32,000 nt of DNA from Candidatus Auribacterota bacterium. GTDB lineage: Bacteria > Auribacterota > UBA6266. A program made the translations under genes and the position numbers. Within the stretch, counting starts at the first letter, position 1; the number at the start of each line of letters is the position of its first letter. This document shows, piece after piece, positions 22,652 through 31,686 of the stretch. The notes beneath the pieces are model-generated. The model was given only the letters and a program-made list of their open reading frames with translations. It was not told where the DNA came from and searched no databases. The stretch spans positions 57 through 32,056 of the forward strand of contig JAGLRQ010000040.1 of the NCBI GenBank assembly GCA_023136205.1, given 5' to 3'.

Positions 22652-24232
22652 ATGTCAAATAAGAATAAAAAGCAAAAACGTTTTTCATCAATAAACAAGC
22701 ATAAACGTGATGGGCGGATGCTTCGTTCTATGCCTGCCGATATGAAAGTTGACCTAATTGATTGGGAGCGAGATTTGATGCCGGAGCATATTTGGATAGA
22801 TTTGCTCGCTGAGGAATATAAAGATAAGCCATGGCACAAAATTTATGAACATTTTTTAGATGAATTGGATGCTGTTGGAAAAGGTATCCATTTGTTTGGA
22901 TTGATTTCAGATTTTGGTCTAATCCCTGAAGATGCCCGCAAAAAATTCGCATTATCAAAACAGGAGTTGATTTACGAGGCATTTTATAAACCCATCGGTG
23001 GCATTTTAAGCTTATATCCAGATAGCCCTGCAAGTTGGATGATTCTTGATGAGCACAAACAGGCTGATAATATAAACTTTGAGACTGAACTCGCAAGGTT
23101 GGCTAATTCCCTCAAAAGACTTATTAAGGCAAAAGATTTATATGCCGGACATATACGGATGATGCCATTTACAAGAGCAATAAAACATGGATTGGTTAAG
23201 ATACCCCTTGACGAAAAGGAGATCGATATGCTTACACGATACCCTACCGGATGCAGTGAGGAGGAGCGGTATTCTATACAACAGCATGCAAGGGTAATAA
23301 TGAATAGCCAGTATATGATAAACGACATATATCAGAAGAAGGTGTGGCCGAAATATTTTTGGAGACATAATTATAACTTAGTGCCTTGCCATCCCGTAAA
23401 AAAGTCATTGGATAGTGGTGATGATATTGATGTGGGGAAAATGAAATCTTTGCAAGAGCGAATTTGGACAAACTGTATAAGAATGATGAAATATCTTGAT
23501 AAAATTGCTCAGCAGTATAAATACGATTTATTCGATCCGTTTAAGGATGAAATATTACTTGGACTTTTTTCAAGAGTTGTTCGCTTGTATATATCATTTG
23601 CCGCGAATCCGTTTTTATGGAATCGAGATCTCTCTGGGCTCATGTTGCGGTGCATCGGTGAAACAACTATATTGTTCTTTTATTTTGCGAATAAGGCCAC
23701 TGATGAAGAATTTAGAAATTTTAAGAATTACTCTCAAGGGAAAGATAAATTGTTGATGCTTCATTTACAAGATACGTTGTTATACGGCAAGTCTTTAGAT
23801 GGTAAGAATATTGATCAGATCGCCCAAGATATTGGTGGAGGTTTGATAGCAGAAATGATGCCAATTGATTTAAAAGGATGGACTACAAAAAACATTCGTG
23901 ATTTAGCATTGGAAACTGGATTAGAGCGAATTTATCGATGGGTTATAGATCCATGTAGCTCTGAATTGCACGGATCATGGTCTAGTCTGCAGAAGTCTAA
24001 TCTTGTTATTTGTGCCCAGATATTGCATCGTTTTCATAAGGTTCCGAAATTTTTCGAACCTCCTATAAGATTATTAACCCTATATGTTGCCAAAGAGATT
24101 TACTTACAGGCAAAGGAAAATGGCGTAAATAAACTTGGATTTCCAGAGCCTAATGAGACCTTGGATGAAATAGAGGAAATAAAAGCAGCCTATGACAAAG
24201 TGGTTAAAGATTATCAAGAGACAAATGTGTGA
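22652..24232 (+). CDS. Hypothetical protein, 526 aa, no recognisable family
   Basis: Long uninterrupted ORF with a basic N-terminus (MSNKNKKQKRFSSINKHKRDGR). Predicted mostly helical, and no catalytic motif was recognised with any certainty. Confidence 0.6.
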   Translation: MSNKNKKQKRFSSINKHKRDGRMLRSMPADMKVDLIDWERDLMPEHIWIDLLAEEYKDKPWHKIYEHFLDELDAVGKGIHLFGLISDFGLIPEDARKKFALSKQELIYEAFYKPIGGILSLYPDSPASWMILDEHKQADNINFETELARLANSLKRLIKAKDLYAGHIRMMPFTRAIKHGLVKIPLDEKEIDMLTRYPTGCSEEERYSIQQHARVIMNSQYMINDIYQKKVWPKYFWRHNYNLVPCHPVKKSLDSGDDIDVGKMKSLQERIWTNCIRMMKYLDKIAQQYKYDLFDPFKDEILLGLFSRVVRLYISFAANPFLWNRDLSGLMLRCIGETTILFFYFANKATDEEFRNFKNYSQGKDKLLMLHLQDTLLYGKSLDGKNIDQIAQDIGGGLIAEMMPIDLKGWTTKNIRDLALETGLERIYRWVIDPCSSELHGSWSSLQKSNLVICAQILHRFHKVPKFFEPPIRLLTLYVAKEIYLQAKENGVNKLGFPEPNETLDEIEEIKAAYDKVVKDYQETNV

Positions 24233-24234
24233 TC

Positions 24235-24261
24235 GCAGTTTCGGGGACACGATACTTAATT
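24235..24261 (-). repeat. 27-nt repeat, right inverted copy
   Basis: GCAGTTTCGGGGACACGATACTTAATT begins 3 nt after the stop codon of the 526-aa gene. It is the inverted partner of 22362-22388. Confidence 0.5.
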
Positions 24262-24371
24262 GCCCAATAGAGATTAGCCGGGATAATTAGTGACACTTTC
24301 CATATTATTGAAAGATTTCCTTACTCTCCTTCCTATTGTAACCACTTTTCTTCCATGCTAAAATACCTATC

Positions 24372-25253
24372 ATGAATTTTGATTTTAATCCAAACACAAA
24401 AGAGTTTTCATTTAAAAATGCTTTGGTACTTGCTGAAGCATCAGAATTAGCCTACAAATCTCAGGCGGAATATGAAAAGATTCTTAAAGAAGAATGGGGA
24501 TTCTCGGATGTTTACCCCTTAGATAAAAAAGAAACCCAGGGTTTTATTGCTAAAAAAGCTGATATGATATTAATTGCTTTTCGAGGCACGGAAGAAACAA
24601 AGAACGAAGATATATTCACAGATATATTAGCGTGCCAGACAAAAACAGAACTGGGGAAAGTCCATTACGGATTTTTACGGGCGCTTAAAGCTGTCTGGAA
24701 GGATATTGTGACAGCAGTTAAAAATTATCAGGACAACAATCAACCTGTATGGATTGCAGGGCATAGCCTGGGAGGGGCTCTAGCCGCCCTTGCCGCAGCT
24801 AAGCTTGTATCGATAGATGCATGTCAAAACATTGGTGGGGTATATACATTTGGACAACCGATGATAGGAGATAAAGATTTTAAAGAAAAGTTTGAAAAGT
24901 TACTTCCAAGCGGAGCTTATAGAGTTACCAACTTTAAAGATCCAGTTACTTTAGTGCCATTGAATATTAATTTAAAGATATGGGGAAAGCGCATAATTTT
25001 CCAATACGATCATGCGGGTAAAATTATATTGTTTAATGAATCCGGGAAAATAGCTAAATCCGGAGATTTAATTACACGATGGGCGTTAATTTTAGTAGCT
25101 GTTTTAGGTTTTTTTGCTGCGTTTATTGTTAAAATGCTAAGAAAAGTGAAAACACCAGGCGAAATGTTAAAATGGGTTAAAAGTCTGGCAAAACCTCATG
25201 GATTAGATCAATATAAAGAAAATATTATTAAGAATTTGGGGTACGAGAAGTAA
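24372..25253 (+). CDS. Class 3 (fungal-type) lipase-family alpha/beta hydrolase with a C-terminal TM helix
   Basis: Nucleophile elbow GHSLGGALA, FRGTE, VYTFGQP, NFKDPVTLVP and a YDHAG His. Hydrophobic helix WALILVAVLGFFAAFIVKML near the C-terminus. Confidence 0.8.
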   Translation: MNFDFNPNTKEFSFKNALVLAEASELAYKSQAEYEKILKEEWGFSDVYPLDKKETQGFIAKKADMILIAFRGTEETKNEDIFTDILACQTKTELGKVHYGFLRALKAVWKDIVTAVKNYQDNNQPVWIAGHSLGGALAALAAAKLVSIDACQNIGGVYTFGQPMIGDKDFKEKFEKLLPSGAYRVTNFKDPVTLVPLNINLKIWGKRIIFQYDHAGKIILFNESGKIAKSGDLITRWALILVAVLGFFAAFIVKMLRKVKTPGEMLKWVKSLAKPHGLDQYKENIIKNLGYEK

Positions 25254-25312
25254 AAAGATTGAAATGGAGGTTCAAATTATTTTTCTTATTGAGCGTGTCG
25301 TCAATAAATTAA

Positions 25313-26644
25313 TTAGGTGTCTGGCTCTGTTTTTTTCTTTTTGGGAAAAATGCGATCATAAAATTTTATCTCTCGATGTTCGTCACACAACAATTCAATA
25401 AATGCTAATGCCTTCTCAGACCCAATATTGTTTTCTAATAAAATGTTCCCAAGAATTCTTAACCGACGTAGTTGCCCAGCCTCCTTGATTCTCCTTTTAA
25501 GCTGTGGATCATTCTGGATTGTATCAACGAATATCTCTGTGGCCTTTATGTCAAAATGATGAAACATTTTTTTTATGTAGGGTGCTGCACCATCAGAATA
25601 AAAGTCGGTGCGCGCAAAACGCATGCTTGTTCCTTTACAACCAACAAATGTTTTTATAATAGCCTTAACATACATGCTCAAAGAAGAGTTAGGAATAAAC
25701 TTAGAAAGAGGCTCCAACTCTTTTATATATTTCTCTTCTTCAGGCCAGTTATCGAGTGCCGCGTGTAAATTCTTAACAATAGGGTTTATCAGCATTTTAC
25801 GACTCGCGACACTTACATACATCAAACCCTGTACTAGGTTTATGTAGGCAAGACCTCTATTAATTTTGTCTTTGTCTCCGTCGATAATTAGTTTATCAAA
25901 TCTCTTGCCTATCTGCTTTTTGTCTTCCTTCGTTATAGTATACCATAGTGTAGGAGCGCAGAATTCAATATTACCCCGCAATTCACTTGAAATTTTTGCA
26001 CCCACATATGTGGTAAAAAAGCGATTAGATAATTCGGTTTTGTAAATTGAGGGGAGATCTGAAAATGCCTGCTCTATTGCAATTTCATTACGGTTATAAG
26101 AGCTGCTATCCATCTGAAACAAATAAGTAGAGATATCAATGATTGATGGAGGAAAGTCTTCAGATAAAACATATTTGTTGCAATCAGAAATTAAGTTAAG
26201 GACCTTTATAAGGTTAGGGTCGGAAGTTTTTGGGTGTCCGTAGAACATGTTCCGTGTTTCCCTGGCTTGGTGCATTAATTTTCGCCCCTCCCAACCGAGA
26301 ACCCCAATTTTATATGCACCCTCTATAAGGTCATGTTCTGTAACATGATCCTGGAAGTCCTCATATTTCTCGATTTTTTTCTTCGGGGTCATTTCTTTAT
26401 TGAAAAGATCGATGCTTCGGTGGAGTATCTTTTGGCGTAAGTCATCTACTACCGCATTCCAATATGCCCCGATAGCGCTCCTATAACCCTTAACAGGCAA
26501 TACCTTTAATGCCTCTTTAAGATAAGGGCAATCTTTGACTTCCTCTCGTACATTCGCAAATTCCTTTGACAAAAGAGAGCTTTCCTCGCTGGTCAATAGT
26601 TTCTTCCTCGTATTGTCAGTTGTTACTAATTCACCTTTTTTCAT
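25313..26644 (-). CDS. Hypothetical protein with an N-terminal HEPN/DUF4145-like domain
   Basis: 443 aa. Residues ~40-140 (GYRSAIGAYWNAVVDDLRQKI ... LIEGAYKIGVLGWEGRKLMHQARETRNMFYGHP) follow the DUF4145/Abi helical pattern and contain an Rx5H (RNMFYGH) motif of the HEPN type. The C-terminal ~300 aa are unassigned. Confidence 0.5.
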   Translation of the reverse strand: MKKGELVTTDNTRKKLLTSEESSLLSKEFANVREEVKDCPYLKEALKVLPVKGYRSAIGAYWNAVVDDLRQKILHRSIDLFNKEMTPKKKIEKYEDFQDHVTEHDLIEGAYKIGVLGWEGRKLMHQARETRNMFYGHPKTSDPNLIKVLNLISDCNKYVLSEDFPPSIIDISTYLFQMDSSSYNRNEIAIEQAFSDLPSIYKTELSNRFFTTYVGAKISSELRGNIEFCAPTLWYTITKEDKKQIGKRFDKLIIDGDKDKINRGLAYINLVQGLMYVSVASRKMLINPIVKNLHAALDNWPEEEKYIKELEPLSKFIPNSSLSMYVKAIIKTFVGCKGTSMRFARTDFYSDGAAPYIKKMFHHFDIKATEIFVDTIQNDPQLKRRIKEAGQLRRLRILGNILLENNIGSEKALAFIELLCDEHREIKFYDRIFPKKKKTEPDT

Positions 26645-26873
26645 GATCTATCCTCTCGTTCTGTTAAGCTGACCGCCTGCAACTAGCTTAACATTACTGA
26701 TATATAAGAAATTTTCTCTAATATAACATTTTCCATCTATTTTTTTATATATGCTCAACTACCACATTTTAAGTGGGAGAGCATATGATCGTCAATATAA
26801 AATTCAAGCCTAGCCCTGAATTAAAGCTTCTGGATCAAGCACTACTACAAAATTCCGATGACACAACACCCAA

Positions 26874-27074
26874 TCACCCAAACAACCCCTCCCTAACGTA
26901 AATCTCAAACACATTATTCCTTAACCTAATCTTTCGAATTTGGGATTTCGGTATCCAGGTTTTCTCTACATTTTCAACAAGGACAGCCTTTTCAGTTTCA
27001 TGAAGTATTCTAACTTGGGTCCAGACATATCTTGGTTTTGGATATAAAAGTTTGTAGATGCTAAATGGCCACAT
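26874..27074 (-). CDS. Small hypothetical protein (66 aa)
   Basis: ORF only, in a repeat-rich intergenic region. The ETEKAVLV...WIPKSQI pattern is reminiscent of small phage-associated proteins. Weak support. Confidence 0.3.
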   Translation of the reverse strand: MWPFSIYKLLYPKPRYVWTQVRILHETEKAVLVENVEKTWIPKSQIRKIRLRNNVFEIYVREGLFG

Positions 27075-27396
27075 AGTGTTAGAAAAAAGGGACAGTCCAC
27101 GCGCTCGCTTCGCTTGCTTGGGACTTTCCCCATTTTCTTTAGCTCCACCCCCCGCCGTTTTGGAAAGAAAAACGAAGACGCGGGGGTTTCCAACACATAA
27201 TTTGAGGGAAAGGGGAACATTTACATGTGGTGATAACTGATATTAGCTGTAGCAAGGTGATGTTGTATGTGCTTGGGATGGGGCTTGGATGATTTGTGTG
27301 GGAATTTGATGATGTGTTTAAAAGGACTGGCGGAGAGGGAGGGAATATTCACCGCGTCTTCTTAATAGTTATCTTTTTTATTTCTTTCTTATTTTT

Positions 27397-27426
27397 ATCT
27401 GTGTCAATCTGTGTTCATCTGTGGTT
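27397..27426 (+). repeat. 30-nt tri-decamer repeat (ATCTGTGTNN x3), right island boundary copy
   Basis: ATCTGTGTCAATCTGTGTTCATCTGTGGTT matches the reverse complement of 17521-17550 at 26 of 30 positions. Confidence 0.6.
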
Positions 27427-27475
27427 ATTTTTTTTTAACTATTCACTAGATACAAGATACTAGATACTGCTTTTA

Positions 27476-28111
27476 TTACTTAAAAACCGTTCCTGTTTCC
27501 ATCGACCAGAAAAGTAAATCCAGCTCATCCATAGGGATGCCTGCTTTTTTTGAAAAGCGTTCTAAATTTTTCTCCATAGAGAGATATTCTTTTTTAGAAA
27601 TAATTTTTGGGATTTTTTTGATAATTTTCAGTTTAAGCATGTTTCTTAAGATGTGAATATCAAGAATAGCGAGATTTTTTCCCTGTCCGATATTTCTTAG
27701 AAAGTGGCTTGCTTCTTTATAACCAAGGCCCTTTACATTTTTTACCAGCCAGCCGCGTGTTTCATCAATATTTAAGGTGTTAATTTTATTTTTAATACAC
27801 AGGCGGTTTTTCTTAGCAAACAGATTTCGGGCTTCAATAATATATCTTGTTTTATTATTGTGAAATCTTACGCCGTTTATTTTGAGAGCGGGGCTTATTT
27901 GAGCAAAGCTTCCGTTGAAAAGAACCCCGGTTTCTTCAAGAGAGGAAATTGCTTTATCACACATTACGGCTTTTGACTGCGGCGTGCACAGGCAGAAACA
28001 AAGCTCCGCGAAGATTTTTTTATCCGCTTTTTTCCATGTGGACTGAAAATCAGCCAGCCTTTTTTTTATTGTGAGCTTTTTCGCCTTGTAACAGCTTAAT
28101 AGTTCTCGCAT
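27476..28111 (-). CDS. ogg: 8-oxoguanine DNA glycosylase/AP lyase, archaeal-type (Ogg2-like HhH-GPD)
   Basis: Motifs [43 protein letters not shown] and AILDIHILR match the Ogg2 family. The start was placed at the second Met (28111) because the longest ORF (to 28153) overlaps rubrerythrin more extensively. Confidence 0.7.
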   Translation of the reverse strand: MRELLSCYKAKKLTIKKRLADFQSTWKKADKKIFAELCFCLCTPQSKAVMCDKAISSLEETGVLFNGSFAQISPALKINGVRFHNNKTRYIIEARNLFAKKNRLCIKNKINTLNIDETRGWLVKNVKGLGYKEASHFLRNIGQGKNLAILDIHILRNMLKLKIIKKIPKIISKKEYLSMEKNLERFSKKAGIPMDELDLLFWSMETGTVFK

Positions 28112-28689
28112 AGCACTTCGTAGTAAGCCTGTGGATGCAGGCAGGCCGGACATTCGTCAGGGGCCTCGGCGCCTTCGTGAATGTATCCGCAGTTTCTGCA
28201 TTTCCAGAGTACTTTGCCGCTCTTCTTAAATACGGTACCGCTTTCGATGTTAGCGGCAAGTTTCAAATATCTTTTTTCATGCGCGACTTCGACTTCTGCT
28301 ATTTCTCTGAATTGCTTTGCTATTTCCGGGAATCCTTCTTCATCGGCTGTTTTTGCCGCTTGGGGGTAAAGTTTAGTGTGCTCTTCGTTTTCACCGGCAG
28401 CCGCGGATTTAAGGTTCTGAAGCGTATTTCCAAGTGAAACAGGGTAGTCGGCTTCGACCTTAGATGCCGCAGGTTCCTGCGCGCCAAGTTCCTTAACTAA
28501 AATTTTAAAAAATCTTTTAGCATGTTCTTTTTCGTTATCCGCGGTTTCCTGCAATATCGCTTCGATTTGCATATAACCTTCTTTTTTCGCCGCTGAAGCG
28601 TAATAGGTGTACCTGTTTCTTGCCTGTGATTCACCCGCGAATGACGCGATAAGATTTTTTTCTGTTTCTGTTCCTTTTAAATTAGCCAT
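28096..28689 (-). CDS. rbr: Rubrerythrin
   Basis: N-terminal diiron four-helix motifs ([38 protein letters not shown]) plus a C-terminal rubredoxin-like CRNCGY...CPAC. Confidence 0.9.
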   Translation of the reverse strand: MANLKGTETEKNLIASFAGESQARNRYTYYASAAKKEGYMQIEAILQETADNEKEHAKRFFKILVKELGAQEPAASKVEADYPVSLGNTLQNLKSAAAGENEEHTKLYPQAAKTADEEGFPEIAKQFREIAEVEVAHEKRYLKLAANIESGTVFKKSGKVLWKCRNCGYIHEGAEAPDECPACLHPQAYYEVLCENY

Positions 28690-29035
28690 TTTTTACCTCC
28701 AGATTGTTTTCCCATATACCGTGTATATTACAGAAAGAAAGAGCGATGATATTTTTAAAGGCGCCTTTCTTAATATTTACTTTTCCCCGGGGAAGTGTGT
28801 TTTCTTCACCCAGTTCCATGGTGCTGATGTGGACAAACTTATTATCGTTTTTTTCACCAAAAAGCTGTATATACTTAATATGGTGTTCGACTGTGCTTGG
28901 GTGCATTACTTCCTTTCCCACCTGAACAGTTACTATAAGCTCATTACAGGAGGAACATTCTTTTACATCAATTGCCGGGACGTGTTTTTCTTTTCCCTCG
29001 GCTTCCTGTGTTTTGATGTAGTCCGCGAATTTCAT
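28682..29035 (-). CDS. sor: Superoxide reductase (1Fe-SOR / neelaredoxin-like)
   Basis: [15 protein letters not shown] and CNIHGIW supply the His4-Cys ligand pattern of SOR centre II. Overlaps the rbr start by 8 nt. Confidence 0.85.
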   Translation of the reverse strand: MKFADYIKTQEAEGKEKHVPAIDVKECSSCNELIVTVQVGKEVMHPSTVEHHIKYIQLFGEKNDNKFVHISTMELGEENTLPRGKVNIKKGAFKNIIALSFCNIHGIWENNLEVKNG

Positions 29036-29058
29036 TTTTCTCTCCTTTTTATTTAAAT

Positions 29059-29769
29059 CTATATTTCTTCAAACTGATCTTTTTGCGCGCCGCATACAGG
29101 GCATGTCCAGTTTTCAGGAATATCTTCAAAAGCTGTCCCTGGTTTTATGCTATGCTCCGGGTCTCCCTTTTCCGGATCATAAATGTAGCCGCAAACCATG
29201 CATTTAAATTTTTTCATTTTACCTGCCTTTGTTTTGTTATTTGTTTCTGTTGCTTCAATATATGTTGGAGCGTTTTTCGCGGTTTTACCGCCTTTGATAT
29301 TATGGTAGTCCGCATAGGTTAAAGGTTTTGCGGCTGAAAGAATATCCGCGTTTACTATACCGGCAACGAAGAATATATGGCTGTCTATTTCAATTTCATT
29401 TTCGACTTTGCCCTCGAGATAAGAGATACAATGTTCTGTAACTACCGGAATATTTGTTTTTTCTGAGATGAAATACTTCGTGCCGGCAAATTTATTTATA
29501 TCGCGGCCTGTTCTAAAACCAAATTTACCTATAAAGGGCAGGGGAGTATCATCAGCGAGAACAGATAAAGAAAACTTTTTGCTCTTTTGAAGCATTTCAC
29601 ACGTGAGATTCTTTTTGTTTAGGCAGATTCCGAATTTAAGAGAGGCAGAAGTAAGCTGACTGCAGACGTTCGCAATTTGCCCGCTTAATTTGCCGTCGAA
29701 TTCGGTTGAAACGATATACATTCCATAAGATATGCCGCGAAGCGCTTCTTTTAATTTCATTTTATCCAC
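29059..29769 (-). CDS. Flavin reductase-like domain fused to a C-terminal rubredoxin (high-molecular-weight rubredoxin type)
   Basis: N-terminal flavin-reductase pattern ([21 protein letters not shown]). C-terminal [15 protein letters not shown]...[13 protein letters not shown] rubredoxin. Confidence 0.8.
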   Translation of the reverse strand: MDKMKLKEALRGISYGMYIVSTEFDGKLSGQIANVCSQLTSASLKFGICLNKKNLTCEMLQKSKKFSLSVLADDTPLPFIGKFGFRTGRDINKFAGTKYFISEKTNIPVVTEHCISYLEGKVENEIEIDSHIFFVAGIVNADILSAAKPLTYADYHNIKGGKTAKNAPTYIEATETNNKTKAGKMKKFKCMVCGYIYDPEKGDPEHSIKPGTAFEDIPENWTCPVCGAQKDQFEEI

Positions 29770-29796
29770 TTATTTTTTTTCGTTTGTTTATAATCT

Positions 29797-31449
29797 CTAA
29801 ACGGAATATTTAGCAGCTATCGGCATCCGTCTGCCGGTTCCAAATGCTTTTGAGGTAACTTTAAGCCCGGGAGCTGATTGCCTGCGCTTGTATTCACTCT
29901 TGTTTATCGCGTTAACCACCCATTTTACCGTTTTGAGCGGTATCCTCTTTGAAGAAATTTCTTTTATTGAGAGATGACGGTCTATGTAGAGTTCGATTAT
30001 TTTGTCCAGGATCTCATAAGGAGGAAGTGTGTCCTGATCCTTTTGGTTTGGCCGCAGTTCTGCCGAAGGAACTTTCGTGATTGTCTTTTCAGGGATTATT
30101 ATTTTATCTTTGTTTATATAATCTGCCAGCTTATACACAAGGGTTTTTGGGACATCCGAAAGAACGCTTAAACCACCGCTCATGTCGCCGTAAAGCGTGC
30201 AATAGCCAACGGCAGCCTCGCTTTTATTTCCCGTTGATAAAACCATATAGCCGAATTTGTTCGAAAGTGCCATTAAGATGTTCCCGCGTATTCTTGCCTG
30301 TATATTTTCCTCCGCGATATTGGATTTTCTGCCGGCAAATTGTTTTTTTAGTGATCTCAGATAAGTTGAAAAGAGGTTTTTTATAGGAATTGTCTCAAAT
30401 TTTATTCCAAGAGTTTTAGATAGCTTTTTTGAATCTTCGATGCTTCCCATAGAAGAATACCGGGAAGGCATTGTTATTCCAATAACATTTTCTTTTCCCA
30501 GGGCATCCTTCGCGATGCAGCAGGTTACTGCTGAGTCAATTCCCCCCGACAGCCCGAGTATTACCTTTTTAAATCCGCATTTATGAGTATAGTCTTTTAA
30601 TCCGAGAACGAGCGCGTTATACAGGGATTCAATTTTTTTCTGCGGCGTATAATTTATTGATTCATTCGAAGCTGTATCAACCGTTTTAATCTTTTCTTCA
30701 AAAGAGGGGAGTATGGTGTTAAGATTTCCTCTTTTATCAAAAAACATGCTTCTTCCGTCAAATACAAGTTCATCGTTTCCGCCTATCTGATTGACGAAAA
30801 CAACAGGAATCTTGTACTTTTTAGCATGGTTTGTAAACAGTTTGCGGCGCAGGCTTTCTTTGCCGATATGAAATGGGGATGCCGATATATTGATTAATAA
30901 ATCGATACCCTTAGCGGCAAGGAGTTTAACAGGGTCAATGTGGTATCTTTCTTTTAACAGCGGGGTATGAATATTCCACGCGTCTTCACATATGGTAATT
31001 CCGATTTTGTTTCCTTTGAATTTTACAGGTTTTATTTCTTTGCCGTGCTGGAAATATCTGGTTTCGTCAAAAACATCGTAAGAGGGGAGCAGCGTTTTAT
31101 AAGTTTTTGAAATGATTTTTCCCTTATAAAACAGAATGGCAGCATTGTGAAGCTTTTTTCCTTTTTTATTATTCGCGGGCAATACGGTTCCTATAAGAAT
31201 TCCCATGCCGGGATTTTTCCTTGAGATTTGTATTAGTTTTTTCTCGGCCTGGTTAACTTGTTCCAGGAACCATTTGCTATCAAGGAGGTCCCGTGGAGGA
31301 TAACCTGTCAGATAAAGTTCAGGGAACACAATAAGGTCGGGATTTTTAGTTTTACTTATTGTGATTGCCTGTCTGGCTTTTTTTATATTGCCCTTGATAT
31401 CTCCAACTGTAGGATTAAGCTGTGCAATGGTAATTCTCATAATGAGCAT
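29797..31449 (-). CDS. nadE: Glutamine-dependent NAD+ synthetase (CN-hydrolase + NAD synthase domains)
   Basis: N-terminal nitrilase-type domain (RITIAQLNP, FPELYLTGY, ICEDAW) and a PP-loop GLSGGIDSAV. The start may be the internal Met at 31440. Confidence 0.9.
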   Translation of the reverse strand: MLIMRITIAQLNPTVGDIKGNIKKARQAITISKTKNPDLIVFPELYLTGYPPRDLLDSKWFLEQVNQAEKKLIQISRKNPGMGILIGTVLPANNKKGKKLHNAAILFYKGKIISKTYKTLLPSYDVFDETRYFQHGKEIKPVKFKGNKIGITICEDAWNIHTPLLKERYHIDPVKLLAAKGIDLLINISASPFHIGKESLRRKLFTNHAKKYKIPVVFVNQIGGNDELVFDGRSMFFDKRGNLNTILPSFEEKIKTVDTASNESINYTPQKKIESLYNALVLGLKDYTHKCGFKKVILGLSGGIDSAVTCCIAKDALGKENVIGITMPSRYSSMGSIEDSKKLSKTLGIKFETIPIKNLFSTYLRSLKKQFAGRKSNIAEENIQARIRGNILMALSNKFGYMVLSTGNKSEAAVGYCTLYGDMSGGLSVLSDVPKTLVYKLADYINKDKIIIPEKTITKVPSAELRPNQKDQDTLPPYEILDKIIELYIDRHLSIKEISSKRIPLKTVKWVVNAINKSEYKRRQSAPGLKVTSKAFGTGRRMPIAAKYSV

Positions 31450-31502
31450 TTTAAAAAGCGGCTGTGGTTAAGTCAAGCGATAAGATTGCCTTTTAAAAAA
31501 TC

Positions 31503-31532
31503 TTGACAAAAGTTCTTATTTTTTTGTAACGT
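31503..31532 (+). promoter_or_regulatory. Candidate promoter of gdhA
   Basis: TTGACA at 31503-31508, with TG-T-AACGT / TAACGT 17-18 nt downstream. The -10 is non-canonical, so the assignment is tentative. Confidence 0.35.
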
Positions 31533-31544
31533 AATATCCCTAAT

Positions 31545-31593
31545 CGCACAATGGTGTGCGGAAATATTTTTTTTATTGAGACAAAGGTGTCCC
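31545..31593 (+). promoter_or_regulatory. ANTAR-type dual hexaloop RNA element (P1 + P2) in the gdhA leader
   Basis: P1 is CGCAC-AAUGGU-GUGCG (31545-31560). P2 is GAGAC-AAAGGU-GUCCC (31578-31593, one A/C mismatch). Both loops have A1 and G4. P2 lies entirely within the terminator 5' arm. Confidence 0.6.
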
Positions 31594-31621
31594 GGGCCGT
31601 AGGGATATCTTTGTCTTTTTT
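31579..31621 (+). terminator. Intrinsic terminator in the gdhA leader
   Basis: 15-bp stem AGACAAAGGUGUCCC / GGGAUAUCUUUGUCU (three G-U pairs), 8-nt loop, then a U-run at 31617-31621. It lies 66 nt before the gdhA start. Confidence 0.7.
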
Positions 31622-31686
31622 ATTGGAAACTTATCCCATACTTAGCGGCGGGAAGCAGGTAAAAACTCAAAGAGGAGGAAGAGAAA

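Noticed and set aside
28607-29056. 149-aa plus-strand ORF opposite the superoxide reductase gene
   Set aside because: It is antisense to a gene with complete SOR ligand motifs, and its translation is Phe/Leu-rich with low complexity.
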